From Eledone cirrhosa (lineage: Eukaryota): a stretch of 64,000 nucleotides of DNA. The notes under the pieces are model-generated. The model had not been told where the DNA came from. It worked only from the letters and a program-made list of their open reading frames with translations, and searched no databases. Made by a program: the position numbers and the translations under genes. This document shows, piece by piece, positions 52,801 through 64,000 of the stretch. The stretch's first letter is position 1; every line of letters starts with the position of its first letter. The DNA lies in contig OZ024741.1 of assembly GCA_964016885.1 (NCBI GenBank), positions 32,302,001 to 32,366,000 of the forward strand, in the 5' to 3' direction.

Positions 52801-55800
52801 ATAAGCCTACATATCTCAGTTGTTATACAACATGGCTGTATAATATTTGTATTTATTCCAGATTTAATAAGCCTACATATCTCAGATGTTATACAACATG
52901 GCTGTATACTATTTGAATTTATTCCAGATGTAATAAGCCAACATATCTCAGTTGTTATACAACATGGCTGTATAATATTTGTATTTATTCCAGATGTAAT
53001 AAGCCTACATATCTCAGTTGTTATACAACATGGCTGTATAATATTTGTGTTTATTCCAGATGTAATAAGCCTACATATCTCAGTTGTTATACAACATGGC
53101 TGTATAATATTTGTATTTATTCCAGATGTAATACGCCTACATATCTCAGATGTTATACAACATGGCTGTATAATATTTGTATTTATTCCAGATTAAATAA
53201 GCCTACATTTCGCAGTTGTTATACAGCATGGCTGTATAATATTTGTATTTATTCCAGATGTAATAAGCCTACATATCTCAGTTGTTATACAACATGGCTG
53301 TATAATATTTGTATTTATTCCAGATGTAATAAGCCTACATATCTCAGTTGTTATACAACATGACTGTATAATATTTGTATTTATTCCAGATCTAATAAGC
53401 CTACATATCTCAGTTGTTATACAACATGGCTGTATAATATTCGTAATTATTCCAGATATAATAAGCCTACATATCTCAGATGTTATACAACATGGATGTA
53501 TAATATTTGTATTTATTCCAGATGTAATGAGCCTACATATCTCAGTTGTTATACAACATGGCTGTATAATATTTGTATTTATTCCAGCTGTAATAAGCCT
53601 ACATATCTCAGTTGTTATACAACATGGCTGTATAATATTTGTATTTATTCCAGATGTAATAAGCCTACATATCTCAGATGTTATACAACATGGCTGTATA
53701 ATATTTGTATTTATTCCAGATGTAATAAGCCTACATATCGCAGTTGTTATACAGCATGGCTGTATAATATTTGTATTTATTCCAGATGTAATAAGCCTAC
53801 ATATCTCAGATGTTATACAACATGGCTGTATAATATTTGTATTTATTCCAGATGTAATAAGCCTACATATCTCAGTTGTTATACAACATGGCTGTATAAT
53901 ATTTGTATTTATTCCAGATATAATAAATCTACATATCTCAGATGTTATACAACATGGCTGTATAATATTTGTAATTATTCCAGATTTAATAAGCCTACAT
54001 TCTCAGTTGTTATACAACATGGCTGTATAATATTTGTATTTATTCCAGATGTAATAAGCCTACATATCTCAGTTGTTATACAACATGGCTGTATAATATT
54101 TGTATTTATTCCAGATGTAATAAGCCTACATATCTCAGATGTTATACAACATGGCTGTATAATATTTGTATTTATTCCAGATGTAATAAGCCTACATATC
54201 TCAGTTGTTATACAACATGGCTGTATAATATTTGTATTTATTCCAGATGTAATAAGACTACATATCTCAGTTGTTATACAACATGGCTGTATAATATTTG
54301 TATTTATTCCAGATATAATAAATCTACATATCTCAGATGTTATACAACATGGCTGTATAATATTTGTAATTATTCCAGATTTAATAAGCCTACATTCTCA
54401 GTTGTTATACAACATGGCTGTATAATATTTGTATTTATTTCAGATGTAATAAGCCTACATATATCAGTTGTTATACAACATGGCTGTATAATATTTGTAT
54501 TTATTTCAGATGTAATAAGCCTACATATCTCAGTTGTTATACAGCATGGCTGTATAATATTTGTATTTATTCCAGATGTAATAAGCCTACATATCTCAGT
54601 TGTTATACAACATGGCTGTATAATATTTGTATTTATTCCAGATGTAATAAGCCTACATATCTCAGTTGTTATACAACATGGCTGTATAATATTTGTATTT
54701 ATTCCAGATGTAATAAGCCTACATATCTCAGATGTTATACAACATGGCTGTATAATATTTGTATTTATTCCAGATGTAATAAGCCTACATATCGCAATTG
54801 TTATACAAGATGGCTGTATAATATTTGTATTTATTCCAGATATAATAAGCCTACATATCTCAGTTGTTATACAACATGGCTGTATAATATTTGTATTTAT
54901 TCCAGATGTAATAAGCCTACATATCTCAGTTGTTATACAACATGGCTGTATAATATTTGTATTTATTCCAGATGTAATAAGCCTACATATCTCAGTTGTT
55001 ATACAACATGGCTGTATAATATTTGTATTTATTCCAGATGTAATAAGCCTACATATCTCAGTTGTTATACAACATGGCTGTATAATATTTGTAATTATTC
55101 CAGATATAATAAGCCTACATATCTCAGATGTTATACGACATGGCTGTATAATATTTGTATTTATTCCAGATGTAATAAGCCTACATATCTCAGTTGTTAT
55201 ACAACATGGCTGTATAATATTTGTATTTATTCCAGATGTAATAAGCCTACATATCTCAGTTGTTATACAACATGGCTGTATACTATTTGAATTTATTCCA
55301 GATGTAATAAGCCAACATATCTCAGTTGTTATACAACATGGCTGTATAATATTTGTATTTATTCCAGATGTAATAAGTCTACATATCTCAGTTGTTATAC
55401 AACATGGCTGTATAATATTTGTGTTTATTCCAGATGTAATACGCCTACATATCTCAGATGTTATACAACATGGCTGTATAATATTTGTATTTATTCCAGA
55501 TGTAATAAGCCTACATTTCGCAGTTGTTATACAGCATGGCTGTATAATATTTGTATTTATTCCAGATGTAATAAGCCTACATATCTCAGTTGTTATACAA
55601 CATGGCTGTATAATATTTGTATTTATTCCAGATGTAATAAGCCTACATATCTCAGTTGTTATACAACATGGCTGTATAATATTTGTATTTATTCCAGATC
55701 TAATAAGCCTACATATCTCAGTTGTTATACAACATGGCTGTATAATATTCGTAATTATTCCAGATATAATAAGCCTACATATCTCAGTTTTTATACAACA

Positions 55801-58800
55801 TGGCTGTATAATATTTGCATTTATTCCAGATGTAATAAGCCTACATATCTCAGTTGTTATACAACATGGCTGTATAATATTTGTAATTATTCCAGATATA
55901 ATAAGCCTACATATCTCAGATGTTATACGACATGGCTGTATAATATTTGTATTTATTCCAGATGTAATAAGACTACATATCTCAGTTGTTATACAACATG
56001 GCTGTACAATATTTGTATTTATTCCACATGTAATAAGCCTACATATCTCAGTTTTTATACAACATGGCTGTATAATATTTGCATTTATTCCAGATGTAAT
56101 AAGCCTACATATCTCAGTTGTTATACAACATGGCTGTATAATATTTGTAATTATTCCAGATATAATAAGCCTACATATCTCAGATGTTATACGACATGGC
56201 TGTATAATATTTCTATTTATTCCAGATATAATAAGCCTACATATCTCAGTTGTTATACAACATGGCTGTATAATATTTGTATTTATTCCAGATGTAATAA
56301 GCCTACATATCTCAGTTGTTATACAACATGGCTGTATAATATTTGTATTTATTCCAGAAGTAATAAGCCTACATATCTCAGTTGTTATACAGCATGGCTG
56401 TATAATATTTGTATTTATTCCAGATGTAATAAGCCTACATATCTCAGTTGTTATACAACATGGCTGTATAATATTTGTATTTATTCCAGATGTAATAAGC
56501 CTACATATCTCAGTTGTTATACAACATGGCTGTATAATATTTGTATTTATTCCAGATTTAATAAGCCTACATATCTCAGATGTTATACAACATGGCTGTA
56601 TACTATTTGAATTTATTCCAGATGTAATAAGCCAACATATCTCAGTTGTTATACAACATGGCTGTATAATATTTGTATTTATTCCAGATGTAATAAGCCT
56701 ACATATCTCAGTTGTTATACAACATGGCTGTATAATATTTGTGTTTATTCCAGATGTAATAAGCCTACATATCTCAGTTGTTATACAACATGGCTGTATA
56801 ATATTTGTATTTATTCCAGATGTAATACGCCTACATATCTCAGATGTTATACAACATGGCTGTATAATATTTGTATTTATTCCAGATTAAATAAGCCTAC
56901 ATTTCGCAGTTGTTATACAGCATGGCTGTATAATATTTGTATTTATTCCAGATGTAATAAGCCTACATATCTCAGTTGTTATACAACATGGCTGTATAAT
57001 ATTTGTATTTATTCCAGATGTAATAAGCCTACATATCTCAGTTGTTATACAACATGACTGTATAATATTTGTATTTATTCCAGATCTAATAAGCCTACAT
57101 ATCTCAGTTGTTATACAACATGGCTGTATAATATTCGTAATTATTCCAGATATAATAAGCCTACATATCTCAGATGTTATACAACATGGATGTATAATAT
57201 TTGTATTTATTCCAGATGTAATGAGCCTACATATCTCAGTTGTTATACAACATGGCTGTATAATATTTGTATTTATTCCAGCTGTAATAAGCCTACATAT
57301 CTCAGTTGTTATACAACATGGCTGTATAATATTTGTATTTATTCCAGATGTAATAAGCCTACATATCTCAGATGTTATACAACATGGCTGTATAATATTT
57401 GTATTTATTCCAGATGTAATAAGCCTACATATCGCAGTTGTTATACAGCATGGCTGTATAATATTTGTATTTATTCCAGATGTAATAAGCCTACATATCT
57501 CAGATGTTATACAACATGGCTGTATAATATTTGTATTTATTCCAGATGTAATAAGCCTACATATCTCAGTTGTTATACAACATGGCTGTATAATATTTGT
57601 ATTTATTCCAGATATAATAAATCTACATATCTCAGATGTTATACAACATGGCTGTATAATATTTGTAATTATTCCAGATTTAATAAGCCTACATTCTCAG
57701 TTGTTATACAACATGGCTGTATAATATTTGTATTTATTCCAGATGTAATAAGCCTACATATCTCAGTTGTTATACAACATGGCTGTATAATATTTGTATT
57801 TATTCCAGATGTAATAAGCCTACATATCTCAGATGTTATACAACATGGCTGTATAATATTTGTATTTATTCCAGATGTAATAAGCCTACATATCTCAGTT
57901 GTTATACAACATGGCTGTATAATATTTGTATTTATTCCAGATGTAATAAGACTACATATCTCAGTTGTTATACAACATGGCTGTATAATATTTGTATTTA
58001 TTCCACATGTAATAAGCCTACATATCTCATTTTTTATACAACATGGCTGTATAATATTTTCATTTATTCCAGATGTAATAAGCCTACATATCTCAGTTGT
58101 TATACAACATGGCTGTATAATATTTGTATTTATTCCAGATGTAATAAGACTACATATCTCAGATGTTATACAACATGGCTGTATACTATTTGTATTTATT
58201 ACAGATGTAATAAGCCTACATATCTCAGATGTTATACAACATGGCTGTATAATATTTGCATTTATTCCAGATGTAATAAGCCTACATATCTCAGATGTTA
58301 TACGACATGGCTGTATAATATTTGTATTTATTTCAGATGTAATAAGCCTACATATATCAGTTGTTATACAACATGGCTGTATAATATTTGTATTTATTCC
58401 AGATGTAATAATCCTACATATCTCAGTTGTTATACAACATGGCTGTATAATATTTGTATTTATTCCAGATGTAATAAGCCTACATATCTCAGATGTTATA
58501 CAACATGGCTGTATAATATTTGTATTTATTCCAGATGTAATAAGCCTACATTTCGCAGTTGTTATACAGCATGGCTGTATAATATTTGTATTTATTCCAG
58601 ATGTAATAAGCGCACATATCTCAGTTGTTATACAACATGGCTGTATAATATTTGTATTTATTCCAGATGTAATAAGCCTACATATCTCAGTTGTTATACA
58701 ACATGGCTGTATAATATTTGTATTTATTCCAGATGTAATAAGCCTACATATATCAGATGTTATACAACATGGCTGTATAATATTTGTATTTATTCCAGAT

Positions 58801-61800
58801 GTAATAAGCCTACATATCTCAGTTGTTATACAACATGGCTGTATAATATTTGTATTTATTCCAGATGTAATAAGACTACATATCTCAGTTGTTATACAAC
58901 ATGGCTGTATAATATTTGTATTTATTCCAGAAGTAATAAGCATACATATCTCAGATGTTATACAACATGGCTGTATAATATTTGTATTTATTCCAGATGT
59001 AATAAGCCTCCATATCTCAGTTGTTATACAACATGGCTGTATAATATTTGTATTTATTCCAGATGTAATAAGCCTACATATCTCAGTTGTTATACAACAT
59101 GGCTGTATAATATTTTTATTTCTTCCAGATATAATAAGCCTACATATCTCAGATGTTATACAACATGGCTGTATAATATTTGTATTTATTCCAGATTTAT
59201 TAAGCCTACATATCTCAGTTGTTATACAATATGGCTGTATAATATTTGTATTTATTCCAGATGTAATAAGCCTACATATCTCAGTTGTTATACAACATGG
59301 CTGTATAATATTTGTATTTATTCCAGATGTAATAAGCCTACATATCTCAGTTGTTATACAACATGGCTGTATAATATTTGTATTTATTACAGATGTAATA
59401 AGCCTACATATCTCAGTTTTTATACAACATGGCTGTATAATATTTGTATTTATTCCAGATGTAATAAGCCTACGTATCTCAGTTGTTATACAACATGGCT
59501 GTATAATATTTGTATTTATTCCAGATGTAATAAGACTACATATCTCAGTTGTTATACAACATGGCTGTATAATATTTATATTTATTCCAGATGTAATACG
59601 CCTACACATCTCAGATGTTATACAACATGGCTGTATAATATTTGTATTTATTCCAGATCTAATAAGCCTACATATTTCAGTTGTTAAACAACATGGCTGT
59701 ATAATATTTGTATTTATTCCAGATGTAATAAGCTCTACATATGTCAGTAGTTATACAACATGGCTGTATAATATTTGTGTTTATTCCAGATGTAATAAGC
59801 CTACATATCTCAGTTGTTATACAACATGGCTGTATAATATTTGTATTTATTCCAGATGTAATAAGCCTACATATCTCAGTTGTTATACAACATGGCTGTA
59901 TAATATTTGTATTTATTCCAGATCTAATAAGCCTACATATTTCAGTTGTTAAACAACATGGCTGTATAATATTTGTATTTATTCCAGATGTAATAAGCTC
60001 TACATATCTCAGTTGTTATACAACATGGCTGTATAATATTTATGTTTATTCCAGATGTAATAAGCCTACATATCTCAGTTGTTATACAACATGGCTGCAT
60101 AATATTTGTATTTATTCCAGATGTAATAAGCCTACATATCTCAGTTGTTATACAACATGGCTGTATAATATTTGTATTTATTCCAGACGTAATAAGCCTA
60201 CATATCTAAGTTGTTATACAACATGGCTGTATAATACTTGTATTTATTTCAGATGTAATAAGCCTACATATCTTAGATGTTATACAACATGGCTGTACAC
60301 TATTTGTATTTATTCCAGATGTAATAAGCCTACATATCTCAGATGTTATACAACATGGCTGTATACTATTTGTATTTATTCCAGATGTAATAAGCCTACA
60401 TATCTCAGATGTTATACAACATGGCTGTATAATATTTGTATTTATTCCAGATGTAATAAGCCTACATATCTCAGTTTTTATACAACATGGCTGTATAACA
60501 TTTGTATTTATTGCAGATGTAATAAGCCTACATATCTCAGTTATTATACAACATGTCTGTATAATATTTGTATTTATTCCAGATGTAATAAGCCTACATA
60601 TCTCAGTTGTTATACAACATGGCTGTATAATATTTGTATTTATTCCAGACGTAATAAGCCTACATATCTAAGTTGTTATACAACATGGCTGTATAATATT
60701 TGTATTTATTCCAGATGTAATAAGCCTACATATCTCAGATTTTATACAACATGGCTGTATAACATTTTTATTTATTCCAGATGTAATAAGCCTACATTTC
60801 CCAGTTGTTATACAGCATGGCTGTATAATATTTGTATTTATTCCAGATGTAATAAGCCTACATATCTCAGTTGTTATACAACATGGCTGTATAATACTTG
60901 TATTTATTTCAGATGTAATAAGCCTACATATCTTAGATGTTATACAACATGGCTGTACACTATTTGTATTTATTCCAGATGTAATAAGCCTACATATCTC
61001 AGATGTTATACAACATGGCTGTATAATATTTGTATTTATTCCAGATGTAATAAGCCTACATATCTCAGATGTTATACAACATGGCTGTATAATATTTGTA
61101 TTTATTCCAGATGTAATAAGCCTACATATCTCAGTTTTTATACAACATGGCTGTATAATATTTGTATTTATTGCAGATGTAATTAGCCTACATATCTCAG
61201 TTGTTATACAACATGTCTGTATAATATTTGTATTTATTCCAGATGTAATAAGCCTACATATCTCAGTTGTTATACAACATGGCTGTATAATATTTGTATT
61301 TATTCCAGATGTAATAAGCCTACATATCTCAGTTGTTATACAACATGTCTGTATAATATTTGTATTTATTCCAGATGTAATAAGCCTACATATCTCAGTT
61401 GTTATACAACATGGCTGTATAATATTTGTATTTATTCCAGATGTAATATGCCTACATATCTCAGTTGTTATACAACATGGCTGTATAATATTTGTATTTA
61501 TTCCAGATGTAATAAACCTACATATCTCAGTTGTTATACAACATGTCTGTATAATATCTGTATTTATTCCAGATGTAATAAGCCTACATATCTCAGTTGT
61601 TATACAACATGGCTGTATAATATTTGTATTTATTCCAGATGTAATATGCCTACATATCTCAGTTGTTATACAACATGGCTGTATAATATTTGTATTTATT
61701 CCAGATGTAATAAGCCTACATTTCGCAGTTGTTAAACAGCATGGCTGTATAATATTTGTATTTATTCCAGATGTAATAAGCCTACATATCTCAGATGTTA

Positions 61801-64000
61801 TACAACATTGCTGTATAATATTTGTATTTATTCCATATGTAATAAGCCTACATTTCGCAGTTGTTATACAGCATGGCTGTATAATATTTGTATTTATTCA
61901 AGATGTAATAAGCCTACATATCTCAATTGTCATACAACATGGCTGTATAATATTTGTATTTATTCCAGATGTAATAAGCCTACATATCTCAGTTGTTATA
62001 CAACATGTCTGTAGAATATTTGTATTTATTCCAGATGTAATAAGCCTACATATCTCAGTTGTTATACAACATGGCTGTATAATATTTGTATTTATTCCAG
62101 ATGTAATATGCCTACATATCTCAGTTGTTATACAACATGGCTGTATAATATTTGTATTTATTCCAGATGTAATAAACCTACATATCTCAGTTGTTATACA
62201 ACATGTCTGTATAATATCTGTATTTATTCCAGATGTAATAAGCCTACATATCTCAGTTGTTATACAACATGGCTGTATAATATTTGTACTTATTCCAGAT
62301 GTAATATGCCTACATATCTCAGTTGTTATACAACATGGCTGTATAATATTTGTATTTATTCCAGATGTAATAAGCCTACATATCTCAGTTGTTATACAAC
62401 ATGGCTGTATAATATTTGTATTTATTCCAGATGTAATAAGACTACATATCTCAGTTGTTATACAACATGGCTGTATAATATTTATATTTATTCCAGATGT
62501 AATACGCCTACACATCTCAGATGTTATACAACATGGCTGTATAATATTTGTATTTATTCCAGATCTAATAAGCCTACATATTTCAGTTGTTAAACAACAT
62601 GGCTGTATAATATTTGTATTTATTCCAGATGTAATAAGCTCTACATATCTCAGTTGTTATACAACATGGCTGTATAATATTTATGTTTATTCCAGATGTA
62701 ATAAGCCTACATATCTCAGTTGTTATACAACATGGCTGCATAATATTTGTATTTATTCCAGATGTAATAAGCCTACATATCTCAGTTGTTATACCATATG
62801 GCTGTATAATATTTGTATTTATTCCAGACGTAATAAGCCTACATATCTAAGTTGTTATACAACATGGCTGTATAATATTTGTATTTATTCCAGATGTAAT
62901 AAGCCTACACATCTCAGATTTTATACAACATGGCTGTATAACATTTTTATTTATTCCAGATATAATAACCCTACATTTCCCAGTTGTTATACAGCATGGC
63001 TGTATAATATTTGTATTTATTCCAGATGTAATAAGCCTACATATCTCAGTTGTTATACAACATGGCTGTATAATACTTGTATTTATTTCAGATGTAATAA
63101 GCCTACATATCTTAGATGTTATACAACATGGCTGTACACTATTTGTATTTATTCCAGATGTAATAAGCCTACATATCTCAGATGTTATACAACATGGCTG
63201 TATAATATTTGTATTTATTCCAGATGTAATAAGCCTACATATCTCAGTTGTTATACAACATGGCTGTATAATATTTGTATTTATTCCAGATGTAATAAGC
63301 CTACATATCTCAGATGTTATACAACATGGCTGTATAATATTTGTATTTATTCCAGATGTAATAAGCCTACATTTCGCAGTTGTTATACAGCATGGCTGTA
63401 GAATATTTGTATTTATTCCAGATGTAATAAGCGCACATATCTCAGTTGTTATACAACATGGCTGTATAATATTTGTATTTATTCCAGATGTAATAAGCCT
63501 ACATATCTCAGTTGTTATACAACATGGCTGTATAATATTTGTATTTATTCCAGATGTAATAAGCCTACATATATCAGATGTTATACAACATGGCTGTATA
63601 ATATTTGTATTTATTCCAGATGTAATAAGCCTACATATCTCAGTTGTTATACAACATGGCTGTATAATATTTGTATTTATTCCAGATGTAATAAGACTAC
63701 ATATCTCAGTTGTTATACAACATGACTGTATAATATTTGTATTTATTCCAGAAGTAATAAGCATACATATCTCAGATGTTATACAACATGGCTGTATAAT
63801 ATTTGTATTTATTCCAGATGTAATAAGCCTACATATCTCAGTTGTTATACAACATGGCTGTATAATATTTGTATTTATTCCAGATGTAATAAGCCTACAT
63901 ATCTCAGTTGTTATACAACATGGCTGTATAATATTTGTATTTATTACAGATGTAATAAGCCTACATATCTCAGTTTTTATACAACATGGCTGTATAATAT
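25889..64000. repeat. 66-bp tandem satellite, ~577 units, running off the right edge; consensus cagttgttatacaacatggctgtataatatttgtatttattccagatgtaataagcctacatatct
   Basis: Uninterrupted 66-bp periodicity (22-aa period in the ORF track), with point variants and rare 1-bp indels; no unique spacers. Confidence 0.98.

Noticed and set aside
25889-64000. CRISPR array, or a giant Cys-rich/zinc-finger/LRR repeat protein gene
   Set aside because: Units are contiguous with no unique spacers and no cas genes. The 22-aa repeats match no C2H2 or LRR spacing, several frames are open at once, and indels and stops occur freely.

Overview
AT-rich eukaryotic DNA, most likely animal. The dense (TA)/(CA) repeats and the SINE style suggest a cephalopod such as Octopus, which is inference only. 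No host gene is confidently visible. Bases 1-25.9 kb are a nest of retroelements abutting (TA)n tracts: (1) a 5'-truncated Penelope-like element (PLE; RT YRDD plus GIY-YIG, Naiad-like) with a ~3.9-kb microsatellite-rich pseudo-LTR, present as a near-perfect 3.35-kb inverted repeat and as a 3.32-kb tandem array; (2) a second PLE relic folded back on itself; (3) a decayed RTE-type LINE; (4) a tRNA-derived SINE; (5) two short non-coding units of about 487 and 420 nt that look like retrozymes or non-autonomous PLEs. Reading both strands by eye gives eight type I hammerhead ribozyme (HHR) motifs in four unrelated sequence families, plus one decayed candidate. Two families have unusually long, structured stem II inserts. 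Bases 25.9-64 kb are a 66-bp satellite (~577 units) with higher-order duplications; its giant ORFs are most likely by-products of a unit with stop-free frames. The best candidate for an undescribed system is the set of HHR-bearing PLE/retrozyme units, especially the 3.32-kb tandem unit carrying the long-stem-II HHR.
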